This document shows positions 12,961 to 27,105 of a DNA stretch of 64,000 bases, piece after piece. Numbering within the stretch: position 1 is the first letter of the stretch; each line of letters starts with the position of its first letter. The translations under genes were made by a program, and so were the position numbers. The stretch lies in NCBI GenBank assembly GCA_038087875.1, contig CM075987.1:22384001-22448000 (forward strand), read 5' to 3'. This DNA comes from Malacoraja senta. Lineage: Eukaryota. The notes beneath the pieces are model-generated. The model searched no databases. It was not told the origin of the DNA and saw only the letters and a list, made by a program, of their open reading frames with translations.

Positions 12961-13907
12961 ATCCAATGTAAAATTGTTGACTTCAATACAATGGGGTAGA
13001 ACATGCAAATTGGGCATGAAAGACCGAGCATGAATTAGAAAGATAAAATTAAATGTCTGACATTATAAAGTACTAAACTTAAAGTAATTTGCAGATGATG
13101 AATTTTAAAATGACAGTGACAGTGAAAAAGCTAACCTGTGAAATACAAAAGATAGATAGACACAAAATGCTAGAGAAACTCAGCGGGTGAGGCAGCATCT
13201 ATGGAGAGAAGGGATTGGCGACGATTTGGGTCGAGACCCTGAAGGGTCTCCAGTATTTTGTGTCTACCTTCGATTTTACCAGCATCTGCAGTTCTTTCTT
13301 AAACAAATACAAAAGATAATTGTTTAAACCCCTTTTAATGCTGAAGACACCCTCGAGTTGATAAGGACAAGATGGGTTCTGATTCATCCTGAGGAGCCAG
13401 CTTCACTGAAGCCAGTCTTCAGCGGGTTTAATAAACGTGAATACATACAAGTTAAAGGGATATTCGGATTCAATTGCACACTGAATGGCAGAATCATTCA
13501 TTGCAGGAAGAGGCCATTTGACCCATTGTGTCCGCCCTGCCTCTTGGTGAGAGATACACAAATAGTTCCAATTCTCCGCCTGAACTCGGTAGCCTTGGAA
13601 ATATTTCCTATTCAACTATATTTCAATTTCCTTTTGAAAGGTGAAATTGAATCTTCTTCCACGACTATGTCAGACAGCACATTCTAGATTGCAACAATCC
13701 ACTAAGGAATGAAGGCTAATTCTTGCGACTGCTTCTTCTGCTAATCGTCTTGACCTGAGTCTGACTATGGATCCTCTTGCTGGTGCCAGACAAGCAGCAA
13801 TGTGGAAAGTGCCAAGGTTTGTTACATTTGAGCTGTATCCGCCAAACGTGGAAACAGAGAGATATAAACTATTGCATTTTCACAGCATTCTTCATACCTT
13901 CATAAAG

Positions 13908-14205
13908 TGGCACAGTGGCACTGCAGGTAGGGTCACTGTCTCACCGTCCAAGAGATCTGGGTTCAATCCTGCGTGGAGTTTTCACATTCTCCCTGTGACC
14001 ACGTGGGTTTCGTCCGGGTGCTCCAGTTTCCTCCCACATCGCAAAGATATGCAGGTTTGTAGGTTAATTGGCCTCGGTAAAATTGCCCCGAATGTGTGGG
14101 AAGTGCATGAGAAAGTGGGATAACATAGAACTGGTGTGAATAGGTGATAGATTGCTGGTGTGGACTTGGTGGCTGAAGAGCCTGTTTCCATATCGTGTCT
14201 CTAAA
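13908..14205 (+). mobile_element. HE1-type SINE (diverged)
   Basis: GGCACAGTGGC head, GGTTCAATCCTG B-box, conserved body. Confidence 0.8.
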
Positions 14206-14558
14206 TCTTAAAAAATCTGCCTATGACAATGATGACCAGTGAACTCTCTTCAGTAAAGTTGTACAGAACTTGTGCACATAAAGTTCCATGCACAGCAATA
14301 AGAGGATCGACAGTATATTTTAGTGAGACTGCTTGAAGCTTCGGATTAACATCTCATTGAAAAGCCAGTACTCCTCCAGTGCTGCATCCTTCAGTTCTGA
14401 CCCTTAGGCTGTTCAGTACATCTTCAGAATTCCACCAGGAACACTGGACCAGTTTACGGGCTCAAGTCTCCAGCACAGGAGCTTGAGCCCATGATCTATT
14501 GACACAGAGGTGAGAGCGCCCTTCACCAGTCACAACCTCAGACAGAGGGATGGCATTG

Positions 14559-15361
14559 ACTAAAATCAACAACCCCACTCTCACTATCGACGGCACCACT
14601 GTCTCCCCATCTCCTCAGGCACGCAACCTTGGCGTGATCCTTGACTCAACCCTCTCCCTTGAGCCTCACATCCGCCATGTTGTCAAAACATCATTTTTTC
14701 ACCTCCGCAACATTGCAAAAATCAGATCGTCTCTCACACCCCCCGCTGCTGAAAGACTCATCCATGCCTTCATCTCCTCCCGACTGGACTACTGTAACTC
14801 TCTTCTTTTCGGAATCAATTCCAGCAGCATCAAACGACTCCAACTGGTCCAGAATGCAGCCGCTCGACTCATTACCCACACCAACTCCTGGCACCACATC
14901 ACCCCAGTTCTCAAAGAACTTCACTGGCTTCCCATTTCCCACCGGATCACCTACAAAATCCTGGTCCTCACCTACAAAGCCCTCAACAACCTGGCCCCCC
15001 CTTATCTCATTGACCTCCTCTCCCCCTACCAACCCTCACGGTCCCTCAGATCCACATCAGCTGGTCTCCTCTCCACTCCGAATTCAAACCTCTGCACTTT
15101 TGGAGGCAGAGCCTTCTCCAGGGCAGCTCCCAGGCTCTGGAATTCCCTCCCACAACCGGTCCGAAATTCTGAGTCCCTCACCATCTTCCAGTCCCGCCTC
15201 AAGACCCATCTCTTCACCTCTGCATACCCTTAGTCCCATGTTCCCCTCCCCTCTGTCTTACTGCTCTATTTTGTTTTGTTTATTCCTGACTCTCAATTGT
15301 AAAGCGACTTTGAGTCCTGAAAAGCGCTATATAAAATAAATCTATTATTATTATTATTATT
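14559..15361 (+). mobile_element. 5'-truncated L2-clade LINE
   Basis: ORF 14550-15233: ARNLGVILDSTLS...LIHAFISSRLDYCNSLL...LQLVQNAAARL...LHWLPI...RAFSRAAPRLWNSLP; 3' GTAAAGCGACTTTGAG..AAAAGCGCTATATAA and (TTA)n tail. Confidence 0.92.
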
Positions 15362-15942
15362 GACAGAGAGCACAGTGGCATAAGTTACGCACGCTCCTTC
15401 ACGTTGGGCAGCAACATGCCAAGGATGTTCTAAAATCACCAGGAATTGCAGATTACTTTCTAAGAAGAAGCTGCTGCAAGAGAGCGATTATTTGGAGCCA
15501 TTGGAAAACCGTGGACCCAGAATTGGGTTGCTGGGAGATGGAATTGGTGCTTTGATACATGTGGGTGTTGACTTGTGTCTAATTTGGCTGCAATATGTAT
15601 GGATGCATATTCGAAGCACAACTCAGAGCAGGCACACCGCCACTCGCATGGGACAAGAGGAGTATTCAATCATGATTCAATCAGCCTGCAATGTCAGAGC
15701 AGTCAAACTGGAACACAACAATGTTGGTAGAGCTAGCACTCAGCAATCGGAAGGACCATGCCCCAACTCACCCCTACACTCTTAAGAGGTTCTGTCAAGT
15801 ACCTGGAGAGGTAGTGTCTGATTAATTTCTGCTTAGCATTGCTATAGGTTAACTAGTGCATGTCTTCTGATACCAGATTTGCAATGGTGTTCCAAGAGTT
15901 GACATTGTCTTAACTTTTGAAATAGCTTTTGTGTCCAGAATA

Positions 15943-16974
15943 TCTATATGATTAAAAGTCTCATCTTGACCACTTCCTGTCTGCGCTGTATATTGATTTT
16001 AGAAAAAATGCTACCCTATATCGCTATGATTTTTGGCCATTTTACTCACAGTCCTCCTCCGCTGCTGCAGCCCTGGGGATTTTTCCAATCGATGAAAAAT
16101 AAAAAAGTTATTAGTGTTTAAACAATCTTGAGATCAGCTGATTGGTCCTCTCACCTGTCAATCACCATGATGAAGGTAACGCCCCTTTCGGGGGAGGGCA
16201 GGACTATAAAACCCCGGATGCATGGACGTGAGTCAGTCACTCTGAAAGATCGCGAGGGAAAGGCCACATCTCTGATTCTGCTGTGAGTCTACTGAACTGT
16301 AAGTCTACTGAACTGTGAGTCTACCGAACTGTGAGTCTACCCCTTATGTGGTTTTGTGCTTTATATGGTTGACCCTTTATGTGCTTGCAATAAATTATTT
16401 GTTAGCCAGCAATGTGCTTGCAATGAATGATTTGTTAACCCTTAACGTGCTTGCAATACATGATTTGTTAGCCAGCAATGAATTATGATTTGTTAACCCT
16501 TAATGTGCTTGCAATAAATGATTTGTTAGCCCTTAATGAAATGACATGAGTTGTTTGGCCTGCCCTGTGCTTTTGCTTTTGCTTTGCCTTTGCTTTGCAT
16601 GAGCTCACCTGAAATGAAAGCAAATGGATTGTATTTTTGGCCAGCCCCGCCTGCCCTGTGCTTTTGCTTTGCCTTTACTTTGCTTGAGCTCACCTGAAAT
16701 TAAAGCAAATGGATTGTATTGTTGGCTGGCCCCACCTGCCCTGTGCTTGTCTTGACTTGAAATGGATTGACTTGACATGAAATGGATTGAAATGGATTGT
16801 TGGCCCTGCACTCACTGTGCTTGACTTAACTTGACCCACAATACCCATGCTAGCGCTCCAGAACCCCCCCCCCCCACTGGCCACCAATATTGGAATTTGT
16901 GGAGGTGGAATATTGCGTTGGGGGACCAGCCCTCCCATGTGAACCTGGGACCCAACGAGTCCCACTTAGTCTAG
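15943..16974 (+). mobile_element. Non-autonomous Helitron with internal tandem repeats
   Basis: A|TC 5' start, subterminal hairpin GGGAC-CCAACGA-GTCCC, CTAG|T 3' end, no TSD; second copy at 60007-60961. Confidence 0.85.
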
Positions 16975-17529
16975 TTACATTTAAAGCCATTCATCCTCAG
17001 GTGCAGGATGCCAGGAAGAACTAGCAGAGAAGAAGCAGAACAGGTTAACCTGCTGGGAGAGCGAGGAGGAGCAGGAATCTGGATCTCAGCAGGATTTCCT
17101 ATCCACCAAGTGTCTTCACAGAGAAGTTCTCTTCTACATTTTAACGAGTAAAATCGCACAAGATGACCAATTTCTTAATTTCCGTTCTATTAATTTTATC
17201 ATCAAAATTGCATAAACCTTATTCAGTACATTTGTTTGTTCCCATTCTCAGTACAAACTAAATTGATCCATTTATATTACGGCATATTGTCTATTTTTCT
17301 TTACATACAGTCCTTGAACGAACAGGCTGAGGAATGTTTTTTGGAACATGGATCTCAGCCCTTCAATGCACAATGGCAGGAAGGTCTTACACTGGTGCCC
17401 TTCCTCTGTAGAGGCTCTGTAGGAGCTCCCCCCAACCTCAGCATGAAGACCACGATCACGGATCAGGGACATTCAACATCCTGATGTGGACAACTACTTG
17501 CATTGGAAGATCAACAAGTCTGAGCAGAT

Positions 17530-17825
17530 CAGAGGACCAGAGGACATAGATATAAGGTGAAGGGGAAAAGATTTAATAGGAATCTGAGGGGTAACTTTTT
17601 CACACAAAAGGGTGGTGGATGTATGGAACAAGCTGCTAGAAGAGGTAGTTGAGGCTGGGACTATCCTAGTGTTTAAGAAAGTTAGACAGGTACATGGATA
17701 GGACAGGTTTGGAGCGATATGGACCAAATGCTGGCAGGTGGGACAAGTGTAGCTGGGACATGTTGGCCAGTGTGGACAAGTAGGGCTGAAGGGCCTGTTT
17801 CCACACGGTATTACTCTATGACTTT
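17530..17825 (+). mobile_element. CR1 3' fragment (second subfamily)
   Basis: AAGGTGAAGGGGAAAAGATTTAATAGG...TTTTTCACACAAAAGGGTGGTG...GAAGGGCCTGTTTCC...CTCTATGACT. Confidence 0.75.
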
Positions 17826-18603
17826 AACTGGACTGATAACCTTCCCTTAGCAGTTGATGGAACAGCCTTTAGTGTTACAAAGTTAGATGTAGACACAGGG
17901 AATTGCAGATGCTGGTTTACGAAAAAAGACAGAATGTGCTGGAGTAACTCAGCAGGTCAGGCAGCATCTCTGGAGAACATGGATAGGGGACATTTCCAGT
18001 CAGGATCCTTCTTTGTAGGAGGGAGCAGAAAGCTGGAAGAAAGGTGGGGATGGGCCAAAGTCTGGTAAGTGACAGGTGGATACAGGGGTGGGTTTATTTT
18101 CATTGGCAGATGGTGGATAGAGGCCAGAGATGAAAAGACAAAACATGTAAGATAAGGAGATAAGCATAGAAGAGGCATGAAATCTGAAGCCAGGGGAAGG
18201 AATATAGTTGGAATGGGATGGGAGAGGGTGGGGGGGGGGGAGGAACGGGGAAAGGTAAATGGGAGGAATGGGTGCACATCCAGGTGGGGCACAGGGTCAG
18301 GGGATGGGGTTCTTTGTAGGTTAGTTACCAAAAATTGGAGACTTACCATGTCTCTTACCAGACCTATTTTCAAATGCATGTAGCATAATCATTGTCTGAA
18401 GAACGGTCTCGACCTGAAATGTTACCAATTCCTTCTCTCCAGAGATGCTGCCTGTCCAGCTGAGTTACTCCAGCATTTTGTGTCCACCTTAGCATAACCA
18501 TTTGAAGTTGGTCTCGAACCCAGCAGGGCACCAAGACAGCACTGTGCAGTAAAGATGTGCTCTGTTCCGACAGGGCTGAAGGCACATCATTCTCCCGTAT
18601 CAG

Positions 18604-18621
18604 TGGCCAGCAGGTGGAGTA
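18604..18621 (+). promoter_or_regulatory. Candidate CTCF site
   Basis: TGGCCAGCAGGTGGAGTA is close to the CCASCAGRKGGCR core and lies in unique, CpG-retaining sequence. Confidence 0.4.
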
Positions 18622-21600
18622 GGCAAGCGGATTCACAGGGAACACAGCCTTCACTGTGCTACAGGATATGCCATTGACTTCATTCTGGCCATATTGCAGG
18701 CGCCGCATGTCAACTTGCAGGTGAACCGCAGAGGGGAAGATTTCTGCCTCCTCGGTGCGATCTCGCGGAGTACTGCACGCCGCTCAATGCCCAGTATCCT
18801 GGAACCAGTCATGACTCTGGGTGCACAGGGCACACCTGTTAAAGGAGAGCTCCAGCAGGTTGTATGTTGCCTTCGCTGGAGTGGCAGAGCAACAACTCTG
18901 CTGTCATCTCCACTCCTGAGGGGCTCAACAACACCCAATAGATAGCCATCCACCCGCTTCATCAGCCTACCCAATTCTCCTTGAAATCTATTACTCAGCA
19001 TAGTTCACTCCACCTCCAAGACTTGTATCATCTGCATGTTTAGAAAACCCTGGACTAAAATATGAAGAGAAACAGTGGTTCTAGTAACGAACCAGAGCAA
19101 CTATATATCCGCCTCCATCTTAAAAACATGTTCACCTGATTCCGTCACTTTTCCACATTGCTATTCATGCTGGTGCAGCCCATTCTATTTCACGGCCTTT
19201 AATCTGGATGACAAGCGTATTATGTGGCATCATGTAAAATGCCTTTTGAAAGTTTCTAAATATTACATCTACTACATTCCCCCCATTGATCCTCTCTGTT
19301 ACTTCATCATAAAACGTCTTTTGCCTTTAACAAAATCGTGCTGGCTTTTACTAATCAATCCATATTGGGCCAATGGACTGCAGGTTCTATCCAACTATTT
19401 CTTGAGCTCTCCCCATCACTGAGGTGACACTGACTGGTGTGTAGTTGCGTGGTTCATCCCTACAGTTCTGTATTGAACAAGGATGTAACGTGTACTTTTC
19501 CAGGGATGAGGCACCACTCCTGAATCTTCGTAGGTTAGTTTAACGTAGTTTAGAGATACAGCGTGGAAACAGGCCCTTCAGCCCACCGAGTCCGCGCCGA
19601 CCAGCGATCCCCGCACACTGGCACTATCCTATACAGACTAGGGACAATTTACAATTATACCTAGCCAATGTTTGTAAGATTTCTCCCTCATCCTCCAACT
19701 TCCGAGATTTTTCCTCTCTGGACCCAGGTGAGATTTCCACTTTAGGTCTTTATAGAACTTTCCCTTTTTCCATTTTTAGCCCAACCTGAATAACAACGCC
19801 ATTTTCACTTGCTGAGGCACCAGAAGCATCTTCTTCCTTGGTGAAGAGTGACGGACATCGCTAATTTGAGTCCTCAGCCATAATCTCAGCCACACGAGCA
19901 AATTTCCTTTTTGCAAGGGCTGCCCCCTTGAGAGAGGTTTCAAGCTCCATGAAGCCATGAGACCACGCTGGTGCCTCAGCGATCATGTAGAGCGTCTCAG
20001 CAACTGTGGCACAGGTAACTGGATTGCTCCCTTTAAACCCGAAAGCTCCTTTGCTAAAGAGCTGCTGGTGGAACTAAGTGGGATAGGCATCATCTGTGAA
20101 GTGAAATAGCCAAATGACAGAAGGACACAAAGTGATGGAGTAACTCATTAGGTCAGGCAGCATCTCTGGAGGATATGGATAGGTGAAGTTTCGGGTTGGC
20201 ACCCTTTGTCAAGATGTCAGATGTGTAAACCAGCATTTGCAGTTCCTTGTTTCTACAATGGATAGATCTTTGGGGCCAAAGTGTCGACGTCTATTCCCCT
20301 CCCAAGATGCCACCTGAGTTCTCCTTTTTTGGCTTCAGTCTCCACCTTCCAGTCTCTTGGCCTTCATGCTCCTTTGAAAATTGGTATCTACATTCCCGAT
20401 AACAACACATTCAGGTTATATGAGAGCAACCTTGCCTTATGAAAAGAGAAAGGAAACAGTGCAAAATATAATCTTACAGATACAGAGAAAGTACAGCATT
20501 TTTTTAAAAAAGTGCAAGGGACACAATGGGGTAGGTTGGGAGATCAGTAGTACATCCTTAACGTATGAGAGGTCCATTCAAGAGTCTGATTGCAGCGAGG
20601 AAGAAGTTGTTCTTGAATCTGGCAATATTTGCTCTCAAGCTATTGCATCTTCAGCCCGACAGGAGAGGGGAGAAGAGGGAGAAGAATCTGTATAAAGCCA
20701 TTAAACTGTTCCCTCCGTTACTAGCTGCAGGGGGGCAGTATAGCCAGTATGGACCATTGGCTGGGTATTGGAGTTCGTCCGCTCCTGTGTCAGACGACGT
20801 GTAGCTCGCTGTTGGCTTCTGTCGTCGTCCAACATGTTGACAGAATTGGTCGCCCGACGCGTCACAGAGTGCATCGTGTCGTCGTTTCCTGGGATCGCCA
20901 CGAGGAGGCTTCTGTCATGATCCCCGGTATTGGAGTGAGGGAACAAGATGGGGCATGGGAATATAAACATATGGAAGAGCACAGAGAAGGCCTTTTGGGA
21001 CATCAACATTGCTTAATTCTTCTGAAAAGCTGTTCATCATTGTCTCCCACCACTTTCTTTCCCATCTCCCTGCATATTTTGCCTTAATTATTTATCTTTT
21101 CCCTTTTGAGTGCTATGTTGTAAGCACCCTATGAGGCAGTGCCTTCCCAACCCTAGTCTAAATTGTGCAAGACTTTGCCCGTCGTCTTGTCACCCCTTCT
21201 TTTACCTGTCACCTTAAATCTGTGCTCTCTGTCTATCGATCCTCCATGCATCTACATGCACAATATAATCCTTTCATGATTATTTAAAACTCCATCAATT
21301 CCCCTCTTAGTCATCACTGCTCTAAGGAGAAGACGCGTAGCTTCTCCAGTTATCTACATAACTGAAGGAGCTGCGTCCACGAACCACTTTCATGATCTTC
21401 CTAAAATGTGTCGCCTAGGATAATGCATGAAGTTCAACTGGAATCAAACTAGTGTTTCAGCATAATTTTCTGTGCTTTGTAATCTATGTCTCTATTTATA
21501 GAGCCCTGGCTTCAATGTATTCTATTAACTGTTCGTTAACTTGTGCCGCCAGAGATTTGTGGACGAACACTTTAGAAAATGTACAGCATGGATTGTATCC

Positions 21601-22954
21601 ACTTGCTTGCCAAAATGCAAACTGCCCAATGCTTTTGCATTGAATTACATCTCCTGTGTGTACGCTCATTCCATCAGCCTGTCAATGTTCTTTTCGAGTC
21701 TATCTCTGTCTTTCTTACGCTCCAGGTTTCACTTCATCTGCATGTTTCCTGTGCTGAAATCTCCAGGAATGAACCCAATCAGTGTTGGCATCACAATCCT
21801 CCAGGAAAGGCCAGCCAGGAGAGTAGATAGTTGAGCCCCAATCTCTCTGGCAACCAAGGGGCACTACTTATTAAGCAGCTTATAGATCTAAAAGTACAGG
21901 TGTCGTGCAGGTATTATGTGGGAGAACAGTTGTTTCCATTCTCACTAAAACCCCAGGGGATCAAATAAACATCAGAAGCCAGATCCTATTGGTAATTATG
22001 GCTCGTTATGTTGTGGAGATAAACTTACTGACTTTAATTCCCTCCCTCTTTTACCTGGGTGTATACACATATATATATCTCTGCTACTGTTTCATTTCTT
22101 TTTTTTCCATGAAACTTGCAAGTAACACGAAGAGTTGTTCTCGTACATGACGTCTCTGTGAATAGGGGAAGGCAACAATAGAACATCAGCTGAAAGATTG
22201 ACTGCTCTGGGACGATGTCATGCATAATGTCTTTGCACAAAGCACGATGCTAACCTGCAACTGCGGTATTGAGGCTGGAGGTTAGATGACAACTGCAATT
22301 GATGAGTTGTTGTTACAGAAGAACGTTAAGGGTTTGTGAGGCCAGACTTGGAGCGGAGAGACAGATGAACCATGAGATAATTGATGGTAGAAGAGACCTG
22401 AGGGATGAATGGCTCATTCCCCTCCTGTCCCCTTCCACATATCCCTCCCTTTGCTTTACACTTCACTCCTCTCTCTTTATCTGATAGCCTTTTGTTTCCT
22501 TTTTATCTGTAACCTTTGTCATTTTATCCACCCATCAAGGCATTTTCACTGCCTATCAAACCCCCTCCCATCACCTGCACCTACCCATCACTCTCCAGGC
22601 TTTGTCCCACCCCCACCACTTTTCCAGCCTTCTCTCCCCATACTATAATCAGTCTGAAGAAGGGTCCTGACCCCAAAACGTCACAAATCCATGCCCGCCA
22701 CAGATACCGCCTGATCCGCTGAGTTATTCCATCACTTTATGTTTCTCTCAAGATTCCACCATCATCCTTCCTTGCGTCTCCACTGGCCCAATCCTGTTCG
22801 ATTCTGTTTCAGGATGCAGGGGAGACATTCAGCCCATCATCCCAATGCCAGCCCGTTGAAAGAGCTACCCAATCTCCTGCCCTTTCATAAGTAGCCCTGT
22901 GATTTTGTATCTTTTTCAAGTACTTACTCAATTTGCTTTTGAATTTCTTGAACG

Positions 22955-23325
22955 TCAGAGGTTGAGGGGAAGCCTGATAGAAGTATATGAAAGTAGAGAA
23001 GCACAGATAGAATTGAAGGATAGAACCATTTTCCCAGAGTGGATAAGTGAAGGAATAGAGGGCACAGCTTTAAGGTAAGAGGCAAAGTTTAAAGGAGATG
23101 TGCAGGGAGATTCTTTTTACGCAGAGGGAGGTTGGTGGGTGCCTGGAGCGCTCTGCCAGGAGGCAGATACGATAGTGGCGTTTAAGAGGCTCTAGATAGG
23201 AACATGGAGATGCAGAAAATGGAGGGATATGGATTACATGCAGGCAGAGGAGATTAGCTTAATTTGGCATCAGGTACAGCAGGGACATTGTGGGCCAACG
23301 GGCCTGTTTTAGTGCTGTATTGTGT
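22955..23325 (+). mobile_element. Old CR1 3' fragment
   Basis: Decayed match to the CR1 ORF2 end (AGAGGGCACAGCTTTAAGGT...TTTTTACGCAGAGGG) and 3' UTR. Confidence 0.7.
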
Positions 23326-25813
23326 TAACATACTGCTGGGGTATTGTTCCCTGTCTCGTGCCCCTGCTCCTCCTCATCATCCCATGTACTCCTCATGTGT
23401 GACTCTGCCCCATCCCACCCAGCCTATAAAGGACGGAATCAAAATCTGAAGCACTGAGCCCAAGTTAAGTGCTTTTTCCCACCAGGCTCATCAAGAGAGC
23501 AGAGGGATTCACCTCAGCTCCTTCCCGCTCTCTCACAAAGTAAAGTCAACTGAGTGATCACTGCTGCTGCCTCACCTGTTCCCTGAACACCATAGTGCAT
23601 TTAGTCACGGAATTCAGCTGTGAAGAATTGTTTTTGTACATGTAGGAAGGATCTGCAGATGCTGGTTTACACTGAAGATAGACACAAAATGCTGGAGTAT
23701 CTCAGCGGGTCAGACAACATCTTTGTAGAAAAGGAATAGGTTGAGGCCCTTCTTCAGACTGAGCTTGTCTTGACATTATGTAGTCCCAAGGCCTTACACT
23801 GCAGTGCTACAAGACAAATTCTAAGATTGAGCAGGCGACCAGAGCTTTGCACAAAGTGATAGGTTTCATGGAGAATTTTAAAACGGGGAAGAGAGAAGTC
23901 GGGAGCTTTGAAGAGGGAATAACAGAACGTCAGGCTGAGCACAGCTGTGTCTATCTTCAGTTTAAGACAGCATCTGCAGTTCCCTCCTACGCTGATGGTC
24001 AGATAAGCAGATATGAAGTACATCGCAGGGTAGCCTGAGAGAAGTGCAGTGATTAGGAAGATCATGAGACTGGAGTTGAACTGAAACCCCTGGTGACATT
24101 TCAGTCCAAGGATGAACACTTTAAACCTGAGGTAGTCATAGACCTGGAGTCGACAGAGCGTGCTGAGCTAATGCGTGAATGAAACTCGCTGTCAGTTAAG
24201 ATCTAAGACAGACACAAAATGCTGGAGTAACTCAGCGGGACAGGCAGCATCTCTGGAGAGAAAGAATGCGACGTTTCGGGTCGAGACCCTTCTTCAGACT
24301 GATGTCAGGGGAGAGGGAGATACATAGATAAGGAAGTGTACGGTGTGAAAATAGGACAAAGGGAATGAAGTTCCAGGAAAATGTAGAATAGATCATTGTT
24401 AGCTGGGAGAAGATAATAATGCAAACACACATAAAATATAGTTAAGAACTGTCTGCACAACAGGGTTTTGGATGACTGCTACAAGATCAGATATACTTGT
24501 GATGCCTCTGGAGTTTATATTTATTGGGTATAATGATACTGAGTTGAACAAACTAAACTCATTCAAAGTCCTCACTTTGCCAGTGCCGTTTCGAGTGGTG
24601 TGTCAATTGCCTGAGAGCTTGCTCATATATGTACAAAGTGTTTCTCATGCCGCCTCTTGCTTTTGTGCTGATCACCCTCTCATAATAATGTTCGAGTTAG
24701 GAGCATGAATGGGTCATCAGTCCCCCTGAGCCCACTCTGCCTTTCGTCAAGATCACGGCTGGTCTTGTACCTCAGTACCACGTTCCTGCACCACCCTCTA
24801 CTCTCCAGATACGTGCTGGTCTTTGCTTTGAATGAACGTGGAGCCACAGTCTCCTCAACCTCCTGGATAGAGAATTCTACAGAATCACCAGCCTTCAAAT
24901 GATGACGTTTCTCCATGTTTTACTCCTAGATGGCTAGTCCTTATTCTGTGAAGGATTTTGGCTGCAGTGTCCTCATCCAGGGAAATAAAACTTGGCTTGA
25001 TCTGTGGCCTGTATAAGGGTTTTGATCCGAAATGTCGCCTGCACCCTTTCTCCCGAGATGCTGTCTGACCTGCAGTTACTCCAGCATTTTGTGTCTTTCT
25101 TCAGTGTAAACCAGCATCCGCAGTTCTTTCCTACACAAGTAAAATAATGTCCCTGCATTCACTCTGTTGCCCCTCTAAGAATGTTTTAAGTCTCATTTAG
25201 ATCACACTGATTTCTTCTAAGCTCTGGAGAATGCAGCTCATGACTACTCAACATCTCCCAGAATCAAACTCATCACGCCAAGAACCAGTTCATGAATTTA
25301 CATAGAATCCTTCTGGGGCAGGTACATTCTTTAGGTAAGGAGACCAAAACTATACACAACACGAAGGACGTGGGCTCACCGAGACTCTGTATAATTGCAG
25401 TAAGATATCTGTACTCCTGTATGCAAATCTTCTTGTAATAAAGACAATACCAAATACCAAAATGTTCATCGTACACCAAAATGACTTTGTGTATTCAGTC
25501 ACCCAGGTTGCTTTGAACTTTAACATTAGCCTATCTCCCCCCATTTTAAAAGTATGGTGTTTTCTGTTTTGTAACAAAAGTGGATGAGCTCATATCTTTC
25601 CACATTATCTTCCATCATCAACCCAACTCCTGCTATAGTTTAAGAGTGGTTGGGGGCAAACACTGATCTTCACAAGTGGGTCCTCATGAGTCACAGCATG
25701 TCGCCCTGAGGACCCATTTGTTCCCACTCTTTGCTTTCTGTCTATTAACTGATTCTCAATCCATGCCAATGTAAATAACCGTGTTGACCAGCTGACTGTG
25801 TGGTTTTATTTAA

Positions 25814-26090
25814 GGGTGGCACAATGGCGCAGCGGTAGAGTTGCTGTATTACTGTGCCAGAAACCCGGGTTCAATCCTGACCTCAGGTGCGGCCTGTATG
25901 GAGTTTGTATGTTGTCCCTGGACCATGTGCTGCTCCGGTTTCCTCCCACACTCCAAAGACGTGCAAGTTTGTAGGTTAACTGTCTTCTGTAAATTGTCCC
26001 TCGTCTGTCGGATAGAACTAGTACAGCTGGTCAGTGGTCAATGGGATCGCTAGTGGGATCGTTGGTGAACTATCTCTAAACTAAACTAAA
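25814..26090 (+). mobile_element. HE1-type SINE
   Basis: A-box, B-box and (AAACT)n tail. Confidence 0.85.
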
Positions 26091-27007
26091 CAAGAGCTTT
26101 CTGAAAAACTAAATGCACCCTATCTACAGGTTCTTCCTTATCTATTCTACTCATGACATCCAAAAGGAACCAAACTCTGCTGTGAGTGGGAGCAATACCT
26201 TCTAATTATCTATCTGAACCTTTTTATTGGTAAGTCTCTATCAATCCTACCTACTGTTTGAAGAGAATAGACACATTTTCTCCAGATAGCTGGAGATCCT
26301 CTCTCTCTTGTCTAAGTGCCTGATATGTTTCCTAAAGAGTGTAAGAAAGAACAGCTGATGCTAGTTTAAATCGAAGGTTGACACAAAATGCTGGAGTAAC
26401 TCAGCGAGACAGGCAGCACCTCTGGAGAGAAGGAATGGGTGACGTTTCGGAGTGAGACTCTTCTTCAGACTGATGGTTTTAACGCTATGGGTTTGTTTTA
26501 AAATCTCAAGGATTTGGTGCGCTCTCTTTATAAGCTCAACTTTCTATCTTCAACACAAACCTATGTTTCTAAAGAATTCCCAGGTAGAATTTGAGTTTCA
26601 GAGTTATTTGCCGTTGATTCCAAACCTTTTCTCATGGTGTAATGCATGTGTCTGGTTGCTTCCTACAATTCTGATGCCAGAATCCTTCCCCACTGGCAAT
26701 ATGTGGCCCAAGAAGAAGCTCTCAATGGTGAGCCAGGCGCAGGCTGGTGGCTGGTCAGTGGTTGGAGCTCCATAACGGCTGAGAATGTAGAAGAAGCAGC
26801 AGGGAGAGACTCCCAACTATCGTGTAGTCCATGTCTTGGACCTGGGGTTTTAGTTTTTGTTTTTAGTTTTAGAGATACAGCATGGAAACAGGCCCTTCAG
26901 CCCACCGTGCCGACCAGCGAATCCTGCACATTAACACTACCCTACACACACGAGGGACAATTATACATTATACCAAGCCAATTACCTGTACATCTGTGGA
27001 GTGTGGG

Positions 27008-27105
27008 TAGGGTTGCCAACTGTCCCATATTAGCCGGGATATCCCATACTGGACCGCCCCCTTGTCCCGTATTTGACTGCTACTACTCGGGTCGAGGGGA
27101 CTGTC
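27008..27105 (+). mobile_element. Left end of a hAT (Blackjack-like) non-autonomous element truncating a partial HE1 SINE (26850-27007, minus strand)
   Basis: Starts TAGGGTTGCCAACTGTCCC; no right TIR found nearby. Confidence 0.5.

Noticed and set aside
19861..20073. 70-codon minus-strand frame (...ETLYMIAEAPAWSHGFMELETSLKGAALAKRKFARV...)
   Set aside because: Looks protein-like, but I recognise no homology and no partner exons; length is within chance.
21720..21860. Minus-strand peptide STIYSPGWP resembling a CUB-domain start
   Set aside because: Remaining CUB motifs are absent; the sequence looks more like a decayed GGTTGCCA-type repeat.
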